NCBI RefSeq assembly: GCF_006345805.1
Contig: NC_042998.1
Span: 197,408,001-197,472,000 of the forward strand
Reading direction: 5' to 3'
Length of the DNA stretch: 64,000 bases
Origin: Octopus sinensis
Taxonomy: Eukaryota
Numbering within the stretch: position 1 is the stretch's first letter; each line of letters starts with the position of its first letter. Below are positions 36,162 to 49,600 of the stretch, piece after piece. The notes under the pieces were generated by a model. The model saw only the letters and a program-made list of their open reading frames with translations, made no database searches and had not been told where the DNA came from. A program made the translations under genes and the position numbers.

Positions 36162-39100
36162 CCCCACTCGTCGTCCACTTATGCTGCAAAGCTGAGTGTG
36201 CTCTGATAAAGAGATTTTCATTTATAGTTGTGCTTAGTGAAATATTATGTGTTAACCAGTGCCCTTGTTGGTTGTGATCAGGCAAAAAAAATACAGCAAA
36301 TAAATTATATCCACAACAACAAAAATTCTCTCAAAAAACTGGATTAGATTTTGAGCCATTAAACTCTAAACCTAAGGTGGTAGCCAAAACAAATAAACTA
36401 ATGCCGAATTAAGTCAATCTATAGTGAATGGCCATAGACACATATCTTTATATAGTCACCATTTCCATGAACTGAATATGAATAAAGAAGCTAACTCTGG
36501 CTTCTGGGAGTAGGAAAATATGAACAACACAAATAAGGCGCAGGAGTGGCTGTGTGGTAAGTAGCTTGCTAACCAACCACATGGTTCAGGTTCAGTCCCA
36601 CTGCGTGGCATCTTGGGCAAGTGTCTTCTGCTATAGCCCCGGGCCGACCAATGCCTTGTGAGTGGATTTGGTAGACGGAAACTGAAAAGAAGCCTGTCGT
36701 ATATATGTATATATATATATATATAAGTGTGTGTGTATATGTTTGTGTGTCTGTGTTTGTCCCCCTAGTATTGCTTGACAACCGATGCTGGTGTGTTTAC
36801 GTCCCCGTCACTTAACGGTTCGGCAAAAGAGACCGATAGAATAAGTACTGGGCTTACAAAGAATAAGTCCGGGGTCGATTTGCTCGACTAAAGGCGGTGC
36901 TCCAGCATGGCCGCAGTCAAATGACTGAAACAAGTAAAAGAGTAAAGAGTAAAGAGTAAATACTTCTGTAAATACATTGACAGATTACCTATAAGGAAAG
37001 ACAAAAATATGTTCAGTAAAATATCAGTTCTAAGATCTGTGAATATGGTTAGAGCTCACACAGCATTTGTTAACACTCAACATTTTCATGTGTGTTTCCA
37101 AGAGTTACCAAATTGTTTCTGATGTAAGAAAGGAAACTCTGGATGTAGTTCACCAGAAATAAAAAAGATAAGTATAAATGCTAAGAACAACTAAATTTTA
37201 TATATTTTTTATTATTATAAGTAAAAGTCTATCTGCCATTAACTGAAATGTCCAGAATAGTTTGGCCATTTAGTCACCATAATCCAAGAAGCGTCTCTTA
37301 ATACATCTCACAATATTATATTCCATAACATATTCCACCTGTACATTCCAGAACATTTCAGCTAATCAAAGCCTAATGATGTTGGTCCAGTGATGAATAC
37401 CCTAACTGCTAAGTTATGTACCTTCATTTGTCATCTATACTCGCTGTGTACATGTTTGAAGCTTATTAAATTCCTATATAAGGATCTTTCAGATGGTACT
37501 ACCCTTTGACTATATATTTGTGGATTGATCACACTACCAATGATTTAATGTGGAAAGAATGTCCACAATCCTCAAGTGATCTATTTAAACATGCAGGTAA
37601 ATTCTTTCTCCATAAACCATCAGTAACATTGTTAATCTACAAATGGTGTGATCTCATCTGGAATTTGCATCACCGGTCTGGAACCCCTATCTTGCCCAGG
37701 ATATTAATTATCTGGAAACCGTTCAGTGACATGCAACCAAGAGAATACCCTCCATCAGGCATTTGCCATATTCTAAACGCCTTACTTCCCTGGGCATGGA
37801 TACATTGAAACTCCGACATCTGGCAGCTGACTTGGTAGACACCCATAAAATTATTAACCATCTTACAAACAATAACTCTGAGCACCTTTCAAACTCCACC
37901 TGTCTAACACCTGTGGACATGTTTACAAAGTCAGAAAACAGCACAGCTCCCATGACTTTCGGAAACATTTTTTCACGCTAAGAGTTGCTGAAGCATGGAA
38001 CAAACTGCCGGCATCAGTTGTTAGCTGTCGGAGCACTGCATCCTTCAAAACTTCCATGCTTCCTGAGATTCGCCAACACTACACCTGATTTTCTCTCCCT
38101 TCCATACACACGCAAGCATGTATCTGATTCATACACTGTTCACTTCCCAGACATTTGTACATTACTGCATATGCTTTATACGCACTTTTGACAAGTTGTG
38201 GTGCACTTGAGCACTGTATACAATAATTATTATTATTATATTATTATTATTATTATTCACCATATGTAGTGTTGAGCTCTCATTCTGATAGTATCGTGAT
38301 TGTGTGTGTGTGTGTGTGTGTGTGTGCATGCATGCATGTAGATTATATCTCACCTCATTCTCAAATTTCAAACCCTGCTGCAACTCCCGAGGGTAACCAT
38401 CAATGAGGAAACATTTGGTGTAAGATGACCTACTGACCAGAGCTTCTCTAAGAAGCTGTAAAACCACTGTCTGTAATTAGAAAGAAAATGGAATGAAGTC
38501 AAAGCGAGGGTGAATGACAGGGAGAGAAAATCTCGTAAAAGTGAATTGATGTAAGATGAAAATGCAATGAAAGTAGAAAAAAAAATGAGTGGATGTTCAT
38601 GAGAGTGGAGATCGAGTGTTACATGTAACTCAGTTAACTGATAAGGCCTTATACATATCTTTGACATGTATAAAATCGTTTCCTGACTCCACATGTATAA
38701 AATCGTTTCCTGACTCCACATGTATAAAATCGTTTCCTGACTCCACATGTATAAAATCGTTTCCTGACTCCACATGTATAAAATATGTTTCCTGACTCCA
38801 CATGTATAAAATCGTTTCCTGACTCCACATGTATAAAATCGTTTCCTGACTCCACATGTATAAAATCGTTTCCTGACTCCACATGTATAAAATCGTTTCC
38901 TGACTCCACATGTATAAAATATGTTTCCTGATTCCACATGTATAAAATCGTTTCCTGACTCCACATGTATAAAATCGTTTCCTGACTCCACATGTATAAA
39001 ATCGTTTCCTGACTCCACATGTATAAAATCGTTTCCAGACTCCACATGTATAAAATATGTTTCCTGACTCCACATGTATAAAATCGTTTCCTGACTCCAC

Positions 39101-42100
39101 ATGTATAAAATCGTTTCCTGACTCCACATGTATAAAATCGTTTCCTGACTCCACATGTATAAAATCGTTTCCTGACTCCACATGTATAAAATCGTTTCCT
39201 GACTCCACATGTATAAAATCGTTTCCTGACTCCACATGTATAAAATCGTTTCCTGACTCTACATGTATAAAATCGTTTCCTGACTCCACATGTATAAAAT
39301 ATGTTTCCTGACTCCACATGTATAAAATATGTTTCCTGACTCCACATGTATAAAATATGTTTCCTGACTCCACATGTATAAAATCGTTTCCAGACTCCAC
39401 ATGTATAAAATATGTTTCCTGACTCCACATGTATAAAATCGTTTCCTGACTCCACATGTATAAAATCGTTTCCTGACTCCACATGTATAAAATCGTTTCC
39501 TGACTCCACATGTATAAAATCGTTTCCTGACTCCACATGTATAAAATTGTTTCCTAGCAAACAGATGAACTTACCCACTTACCCATTTACTACAATATAA
39601 AACTCATTAATTATCTGTAATCAAAGAAAGATCTTAAAGCTATTAGCTGGTCTATACTCTTACCATTTCTAAGCCTTGTTTATAATACTTAAATACAAAA
39701 CTACAGCAAAGCTTAACTCATCTGATATTGCAAACTTTACACTGAGCTTTTTTAACAATAACATCTAAATTAGATATTTTTGTAAGAAACTCCAAATATA
39801 TATCCAAATTTCGTGGACACAAACATTCAAGGATAATCTTTAATATATCAACCCAGCAAGTTGAGCCAATTAGTTAATCCTAACTCAAACACTATCTAAA
39901 AGCAAACATTAGCAATAACAGATTATTGGAATGTCTGTTGCTCTTTAGAGATTCACCAAAAACTGTGAGTATAGTGCTATCCTTGTTGGAACTATTTTTT
40001 AAAATTAGGTTAGAGTCCATAACTAACTCCTGAAATTTTTTGGGCCTCATCCTCTAGGTTTCATAACTTTCTTTGAAGAGTTAGATCTTTGCCTCAAAGT
40101 ATCTCAGTTGAGTTTTTCTTGTTGTTACAAACTGACTTACAGAAGGCTCAGAAATGGTGATCAGTATATCCTCCCCACCACCAACTACACCCTTGCCACT
40201 AAACACTACACAACACTACTAATTAACTATGAATGACTATTGCCAAAATATGTTTGTCTGCGTGATCGTTACCAGCGTCGCCTTACTGGCACCTGTGCCA
40301 GTGGCATGTGTAAAAAGATTCGAGCGATGTCATTGCCAGTACTGCCTGACTGACCCCCATGCCAGTGGCATGTAAAAGCATCCACTACACTCTCAGAGTG
40401 GTTGGTGTTAGGAAGGGCATCCAGCTGTAGAAACTCTGCCAGATCAAGACTGGAGCCTGGTGCAGCTATCTGATTCGCCAGACCTCAGTCAAACCGTCCA
40501 ACCCATACTAGCATGGAAAGTGAACGTTAAACGATGATGATGATGATGATGATAGTGTCAAAGTGATGAGGACCATCTGCTCATACTTAACGATGAGTAT
40601 ATGACTTGTGCAATGACTTTGTGTAAAGTGAAGAAGAGTAGTGCACCATCAGCCCCACTCTCTTGTCCATGACTATCTTCAATACAGAAGCAAAACAGTA
40701 TAAAGACAACCGTGGGATGGAGACAAACACAGCGGATGCCAAAGATGTCTGATTGCATCCTGCCCTCTGCACACCACAATTTGTTGTTGCAGTCACCTTT
40801 CTCTCCACTTGAACCTTAAAGGTTTCTTCCACAGAATCATCAGCCAAATTCAGTCTTCACATGCATAGATAGGCAATCCTTAATTTGCTAATTAACCCAG
40901 AACTTGAACCTGGCAAGTGCTACCACTTAAGGTCAGAGCAGACCTGGGTACAATAGTGGCTAAGAAGTGGTTCCACACATCTCGGAACCCTGGAATTTTC
41001 AAATCAGGGCTCCACTATCTGATGACTTTTTTAAAGTCATACCAAGGACACTGTTATCACCACTGTTAGTACTCTCACTACAGCTGGTGTTACCATTATT
41101 ATTATTACTACCATCACCACTATTGCTATCTGCAACTGCATCATCACCCCTATTACAAATAGTACCTATTTCTTTATAACCCACAAGAAGCTAAACATAG
41201 AGGGGACAAACAAGGACAGACAAAGGTATTAAGTTGATTACATCGACCCCAGTACACAACGGGTACTTAATTTATCGACCCTGAAAGGATGAAAGGCAAA
41301 GTCGACCTCGGCGGAATTTGAACTCAGAACATAACGGCAGACGAAATACCTATTTTTTATTACCCACAAGGGGCTAAACACAGAGGGGACAAACAAGGAC
41401 AGACAAAGGTATTAAGTCGATTACATCGACCCCAGTGCGTAACTGGTACTTAATTTATCGACCCTGAAAGGACGAAAGGCAAAGTCGACCTCGGCGGAAT
41501 TTGAACTCAGAAGGTACCGGCAGACGAAATACGTCTATGCATTTTGCCTGGTGTGCTAACATGTCTGCCAGCTTGCCGCCTTTCACAAATACCATTACAG
41601 ATAGTACCATCATGGATTACTCTAGCATTACTGCCTTTGTTAGTCCGCCTTACTGTCACAGTCACCAAGACAACTATTAAAACTGTTCTCTCCACTGAAA
41701 GAATAGTTAATTAGTCAATAATATCAGCAATTATCCCATTCCACTTAGCCTCTTATTAGAATCGACAAAGTAACCCCCCCCACCTGCTCCTTTCTACACT
41801 CAGGAAACAGTAACAAGAACATGAATAATAATGAAATATAACAGCTTTACCATTGGCACAAGTTCACCTTTCTGCATAGTCTCATTGAGTTCCTTGCCCC
41901 TGGCTGAGCCGGATGCAACTTCTTCACGAAGCATGTCCCCAGATGACAGGTGACAGAAGCCATAATGCTGTACCAGTTTGGCACACATGGTTCCTTTACC
42001 ACTACCTGGACCACCTGGATAAATAATGAAGAGTTAATTAGTAGAGGACATAATTTGTTTTTAGTGGGGAAAGAAAGAAAACATTGTGTGAACAACTACA

Positions 42101-45100
42101 AGCAAGTGCTGTTCTTTATCGCTAATTAGTGGTTTGAACTTTAGCTGTTCCTTCTAGCATAAGGGAGTCTTATGATGGATACCTATTAATGTGTTTAAAT
42201 GTACACTGTATTTTATAAATGCAGTATATACATACACACACATATATATATATATATATATAATACAGACAGGAAAGTAATATTTTGAATGCAGTATAGC
42301 TGTGAAAGCAGCAGAAAAATCAGGTATTGTTACCCTTATAAGACATAAAAAAGTTGTCGACAGCCATGGGACTTGAACCTGCAGCCCCCAGATACCGGTT
42401 GAGTACTCTACCATTATGCTAAACTGCCCACTGACAACAATCTCTGCCAAATTAAGTACTTAGTACATAGCTTTTTGGAATGCAATAACAAATGTAAACA
42501 AACAAACCCTTTATTTTGTATTTAGAAGCATCAAATGTGTATTGTGTTATACAGACAAGAAGGTATATATTTTGAATGTAGTATATATTTCTTTACTACC
42601 CACAAGGGGCTAAACACAGAGGGGACAAACAAGGACAGACAAAGCGATTAAGTCAATTCCATCAACCCCAGTGCATAACTGGTACTTAATTTATCGACCC
42701 TGAAAGGATGAAAGGCAAAGTAGACCTCGGCGGAATTTGAACTGAGAACGTAACAGCAAACGAAATACGGCTACGCATTTCGCCCGGCGTGCTACCGTTT
42801 CTGCCAGCTCCCCGCCTTTTGAATGTAGTATAGCTGTGATACATGATACATGTGGCTGTGTGGTAAAAACTTTATTTCCCAACCACATGGTTCTGGATTC
42901 AGCTCTGCAGTGTGGTACCCTGGGCAATTGTTTTCTACTATAGCCTTGGACTGATTAAATTCCACAGACTGCTGTGGCAAGTACAGACTGTGGAAAGGTC
43001 AACTGTTTAGCTTCTTTCAGATTACTCGATCAAATTTAATGTTTTTTGATTCACACTTTTTTTGAAGTAATCATGCATTATCTTGCAGCTTTAAGATTTT
43101 GATGATGTGGCTGCTTAGAACGACATTTTACAGTAGGTGTAAGAGGCTGAACATGAAAGAAGTAGAATATTTGGGTCGGACACGGCCAGTTGAAATACTA
43201 AAGGGTTTATTTAAGTAGTAAAAAGTGATACATACCCACAACAAAGATGACTTTGCATTCATCCAAGCAAGGTTCTGGAAATGAAATGAAAAGCTGAATG
43301 TAGCCAAACTTATATTTTCTTAGACTTGCAATCCACCCCAATCTTATTCACCACACATTTCTTACAGATCTTAACCTGGGTAAGTCAATGGGAAGGATGG
43401 TAACAACTACGACATTGATCTTAGAACTTCATTTGCTTCAAAGAATTTACAACATCAAAAGAAAGATCCGTTTTTATTAGATGTTTAGCTTAAGGGCATC
43501 AAATGGTTAGGGATTATTTGGTCGTAATATCATAATTAGGATTAATACAGTTAACTAGCCAATTAATTGTAAGCTTCACAGTGTAATATAATTCAATGTA
43601 CTGTGTCTAATGTCACCTTACTGGCACCTGTGCCAGTGGCATGTGTAAAAAGATTTGAGCGAGGTCGTTGCCAGTGCCGCCTGACTGGCCCCCATGCCAG
43701 TGGCACGTAAAAAGCACTCCACTACACTCTTGGAGTGGTTGGCATTAGGAAGGGCATCAAGCTGTAGAAACGCTGCCAAATCAAGATTGGAGCCTGTTGC
43801 AGCCATCTGGTTTGCTAGCCCTCAGTCAAACAGTCCAACCCATGCTAGCATGGAAAGCGGACGTTAAACGATGATGATGATGTGTGTCCATGATCAAGAC
43901 ACTTAACTGTCACCAGTTCAATCTACCTAATCATAGCGAGGCACCCCCGTGTGGTGTAGTTCACTATCCTCTGTCCTTAACTAAAACGCTTATCTTTCAA
44001 CAGTCCACTTAGGTGGAAGCAGACACCATGACCAGAATACTGTCGTACAACATTTAATTCTATAGATCTACACTCTGAATTGAAATTCACAGTTATATTT
44101 CATAATGAAATGAAGTTGAAGTAAATACTAGAAATATAGTGTATTGGTGGTTATGTAGTGATATAGTGTGAAACAATGTAGGGCAGTGATATAAAGAGAA
44201 TACCCTCCATCAAGCATTTGCCATATTCTGAACACCTTACTTCCCTGGGCATGGATACATTGAAACTCTGACGTCTGGCAACTGACTTGGCAGACACCCA
44301 TAAAATTATTAACCATCTTACAAACAATAACTCTGAGCACCTTTTCAAACTCCACCTGTCTAACACCCGTGGACATGTTTACAAAGTCAGAAAACAGCAC
44401 AGCTCCCATGACTTTTGGAAACATTTTTTCACGCTAAGAGTTGCTGAAGCATGGAACAAACTGCCGGCATCAGTTGTCAGTTGGTAATTGTCGGAGCACT
44501 GCATCCTTCAAAACTTCCATGCTTCCTGAGATTCGCCAACACTCCGCCTGATTTTCTCCCCTCCATACACACACAAGCATCTATCTGACTCATACACTGT
44601 TCACTTCCCAGACATTTCTACATTACTGCATATGCTTTATACACACTTTTGACAAGTTGTGGTGCACCTGAGCACTGTATTCAATAATTTCATTATATTA
44701 TATTATTATATTATAATATCAAGTTGAATCAAAACGTTAACAAAATCCAGTTGATGAAATAAGGCTACACGAGTTACCTCCCTGTTTAACACCCGTTTTT
44801 CTTTTCAATAAATACATCCATTGGTTTGCTCAATTACGGAAAGATGTTTCAAACTACTCTTTCCTTTCTCTATACCTCAATTCCAATATCTCCAAGAAGG
44901 ACAAATATATACTCACTCAATTTAGGGCAGCACTCCTTGAAGACCATCTCCACTTGGTAAAATACCTCTTCGGGGCTACCTTCAGCTTTGATCTGCAATG
45001 CACAATGGTTATATAATAAATATTTCTCATGGTACACCTGTTTGTTGTAGGTTTACACCTACGAAGAAAATTTATTGCTTAAGCCATTTCTTCCAGGTCA

Positions 45101-45669
45101 CTCGGATTCCTGTAACAGCAGTAAACATCCATATTTAAATCAGATCTTACAAAACGGTTTCTTTCTTATTTGCTGCCATCTGCTTTCCACACTGTTTTTT
45201 TTCAGTTTAAATATCCCTTCATTCTTATTCTCTTCTCAACAGATCTCTCCTTTTCACCCTGCTCTCCGCCTTGCTCCTCCTTTCTCTGCCTCTCTTTTTG
45301 ATGTGTGATTGTGTGTGTGTGTGTGTTAGTTAGTTAGTTAGTTAATTTTTTGGCTCAAAAAGCAAAAAGCAAGGCCATGTAGGGGGACATGGAGTTATGT
45401 ACAGGGTGGTGTTCATGTAAAGAGTTCAGGCCTCTGGAGGTCAAGGGAGACTTTGAACAAAGCGGTTGCCGGCATCTTCACCATCTCGTCTGGCAACTAG
45501 TTCCCCGGATCCGCAACCCGGATGGAGAAAGCCCCTCTCCTTCGATTGAGGTGTGTGTGTGTGTGTGTGTGTTCATACAGAATGCGAACGCATTTGCCCT
45601 CAACGATTCATTAGTAACATGGAAAAGTTACTAATGTAAGGTTATTGAATGAGAAAAATGCAGAGAGAG

Positions 45670-45727
<58 letters not shown>

Positions 45728-46655
45728 AAGAGTATCCTTTGTAGATCCAACTGAGGGACAAGCCCCTGAAATTGACAGTTATTTTACTTCATTAATTAGG
45801 CTTTCATGGGTTGGATGGGTCATTCCTAGTCTGAGTCAATTCTTATTTTTGTTGTTGCCCCCAACCCTTGTTGAGCTGGAGACTGCATCCCACTCATAAA
45901 TTCTACTTTAGCTATGATTTCTGCACTTGGATTTCCTCAATACCAACCACTTACAGAGTATACTAAGTGCATTTTATTATTTTAATTTTATTTTAGTATC
46001 TACTTCTTCATATATCCTTCTACAAGTTTAACTAAATCCTGTAATATTACACTTATTTTTTTCTATAAAGATTAGACATATTATTTACAAAAAACATTTT
46101 AATTATCATCATCATCATCATCATCATCGTTTAGCGTCCGTTCTCCATGCTAGCATGGGTTGGACGGTTCGACCGGGGATCTGGGAAGCCAGAAGGCTGC
46201 ACCAGGCTCCAGTCTTATCTGGCAGAGTTTCTATGGCTGGATGCCCTTCCTAACGCCAACCACTCCGTGAGTGTAGTGGGTGCTTTTTATGTGCTACTGG
46301 CACAGGTGCCTGGCGAGGCTGGCAACGGCCACGGTCGGATTGGTGCATTTTACGTGCCACCGGCATGGAAGCCAGTCGAGGCGGCACTGGCATCGGCCAC
46401 GATTCGGATGGTGCTTTTTACGTGCCACCAGCACGGAAGCCAGTCGAGGCGGCGCTGGCATCGGCCACGATTCGGATAGTGCTTTTACGTACCACCAGTC
46501 CAGGGGTCCTGGCATCTGCCAGGTGCCAGTCATAGGATTGGTTCAAGTTCGATTCCGATTCCGATTTCGGTTTCCCTTGCCCCTCCAGAAACCATTTATG
46601 ATTACTATTAACCACTTTTTTCTAATTAATGACTCAGCTGTATTATTATTGATGG

Positions 46656-46698
<43 letters not shown>

Positions 46699-49600
46699 TA
46701 TATATATTAGTCTCCAGTATTTCATAATTCTGTATTCTCTTATTTGGTTTGTCTTTTCCTTAAAATACAACCTCACCAGTTTTTTTTAATAAGTGCATTT
46801 TCTGCATGTACACTGTTTCATCTCACTCACCATATTCTCTACATAGTATTTCATCTTAAACACCTAAATTTATTTCTTTATTGCCCACGAGGGGCTAAAC
46901 ATAGAGTCGACAAACAAGGACAGACAAACCGATTAAGTCGTTTTCATCGACCCCAGTGCGTAACTGGTACTTAATTTATCGACCCCGAAAGGATGAAAGG
47001 CAAAGTCGGCCTCGGCGGAATTTGAACACAGAACGCAGCGGCGGACGAAATGCCACAAAGCATTTTGCCCGGCGTGCTAACATTTCTGCCGGCTCGCTGT
47101 AAATCTGCCATCAATTCTTTAAAAAATGGATAAACAACGTTGGATCATATAATCCCTGCTTTACATCCATTTCTCTTCAAGTTGTTGATCAATGAATAAA
47201 CCTAACAGCATTGTTTCCTCCCTTGTTTGATATCGTGATAGAGATTAAAGTAAGGGGGATAACTATCAATTTATAACTGAATTCTCTTCCCTGATAATAT
47301 TTTTTATATCTTATTTTTTTTTTGGCGTCCTGAGTATTTTTCATATTTCCTTTCTAGTTCTCTATGTTCAACTTTTAACAATAACATTCTGAAGTCCATT
47401 AACGTTTCAAGACCTTCTCAAACTCGCCATCAGAGTGAAATGACGATAGTGGGGCGCCGTTGGCAACACACGATTATAGGACTAACGTTTGAACTAAAAA
47501 AACAAAAAATCCTTACCAGTAGATTTAAAATTGCTGCATTTAAATGCTGGTTTTTCGTTTGTAATTTGCAATTGCTGTAGATCATATTTCGTGGTGGCTG
47601 TAACGCTGGTGGGTCTCAAAACCCCATTTCTATTTACATACAAAAATGCAGCCTCAGAACATTTTAGAATATCTTGCCATGTTCTTATTAAACCAAAGAT
47701 ATCTTAACTGCAGTTCGGGCAGGCAATGCTTTGCAGTGGATTCTTAGAGGATATTCTCTTATCTTTCGTTCTCTTGTGTATATATTTGGCAAACTCACAT
47801 TCTTAGACTCTCTCTTATACACAGGAACTAATATATACCACAAAGCTCCGGCGTCTGGTGATGGACTTGGTAAACACCCACAAAGTTATCAACCACCTCA
47901 CCAACAACAACACTGAACACCTTTTTGATCTCCATGTGTCTAACACACGTGGACATGCCTACAAAGTCAGAAAACAACACAGTTCTCATGACTTTCGGAA
48001 ACATCCTTTAAGACCCTCATGCTTTCCGAAATCCGCCGAAACTACACCTGATTATACATACACTTTAGATGAGTTGTAGTGCACCTGAGCACTGTACACA
48101 ATGTTTTTATTATTATTATTATAAGACACACTTGTATAATTATCAATATATTCACATTTCTGTTCTTCTGTACTGAACTTTCCTTCAACTTACTATAAAC
48201 ATTTTTCTGATAGAAAAAAGAATATTTAGAATGAATATGGAGATTTAAAAAGATAACAATATCTTATTTTTTCATCATGAATATTCTCTTCTATTTAACA
48301 TCTTGTAATTCCTAATTCTATTTGATGACTCACTGATAATTTCCTAACATCCAATTCTAGATTATCTTTGATGACGCAGCAAAAGAACTCACATTTGTAC
48401 CTGGAACAAGACACATTCATTTATCATAATAATTAGTGAAATAACTTTTGAACTGGAATCAAAGCAACTTTTCTGATTCATAATGACACACATTGAACAG
48501 ATATGTATATATAAAATCTCTGTCTTATTAACTCTCTAAGTGAGAGTTGGAATTATATAACTATAGAAGCCCAACAAGGACACACATATCCCAACACATT
48601 ATATATATATCACCGTGACCGACCAGGCTATCAGTTGTTGTTACACATCGCTGGTCACAATGCGCTTTGCATTGTTTTAGCCTTCAAATGACGCCACCCT
48701 GCTGGCTAAGCGAGCAGGCCAACAGAAGAAAGAGTGAGAGAAAGTTGTGGTGAAAGAGTACAGCAGGGATTGCCACCACACCCCCTGCTGGAGCTTCGTG
48801 GAGATTTAGGTGTTTTCGCTCAATAAACACTCACAACGCCTGGTCTGGGAATTGAAACCACGATCCTTCAACTGCGAGTTCGCTGCTCTAACCACTGGGC
48901 CATTGCGCCTCCGCACACACACATATATATATATATATATGTATGGAGGCCTGACGAGGGCAAAACACTAAAACACACCAGTGCCTTGTGGACCTGGTAA
49001 ACTCTACTTCTGTTATTTTCATCACTGACACAACAAATGGACATTGACTATCTTCTTTTTTTCTTTAAGGCCAGGTTCCAACCCAGGTCACAGCAACAAA
49101 GTCCCCACACCAAACTTCTTGGTCCGACATCACTGGATACGTTCTAGGCCAGTGTCTGTGATTGAGATGTTGATATAAGTGTGACAATGTTTTCCTCTAT
49201 TTATAACACTCTGAAGTGGGCTCCACAAGACTAATGCATGGATTTCTGCAAAGTGTCTGACAGCATCCATTGTGACAAAATGCTGAAGATCCTTCGAACA
49301 TATGGCATTCTAGAAGAACTAGTTCTTGCCATTGCAAAGACCTACAAGAAAATCAGAGCTTGTGGGTTGTCATCTGATGGAGAAATGGAATACTTTCAAA
49401 TACTAGTTGGGATGCTACAAGGAGACACACTTGCGCCTTACCTGTTTGCAATTGCATTGGATTATGCAATGCGGCAGGCTATAAACAACAGTGATGAAGA
49501 CCTTGGTATTGCCATTGACCAGCAAAGATTGTGGAGAGTACCAGCAGTAACGATCACAGACCTGGACTTAGCTGATAATATAGCACTCATATCTAATGAA

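Noticed and set aside
38368-39600. Long ORFs (up to 309 aa) and CRISPR-like regularity
   Set aside because: These are translations of a 27/28-nt head-to-tail minisatellite. There are no unique spacers and no cas genes, and the context is eukaryotic.
40558-40847. Minus-strand ORFs of 73-86 aa in an AK intron
   Set aside because: No recognisable motif or good splice pair; possibly an old LINE fragment.
40812-40852. Minus-strand CTGATGA-TTC(TGTG)GAA-GAAA-CCTT-TA
   Set aside because: U-A at 10.1/11.1, stem I out of register by 2 nt, and no Penelope context; likely chance.
48945-48990. CTGACGAGGGCAAAACACTAAAAC hammerhead-like string
   Set aside because: GAAA is absent and the stem II 3' strand is mismatched; unsupported.
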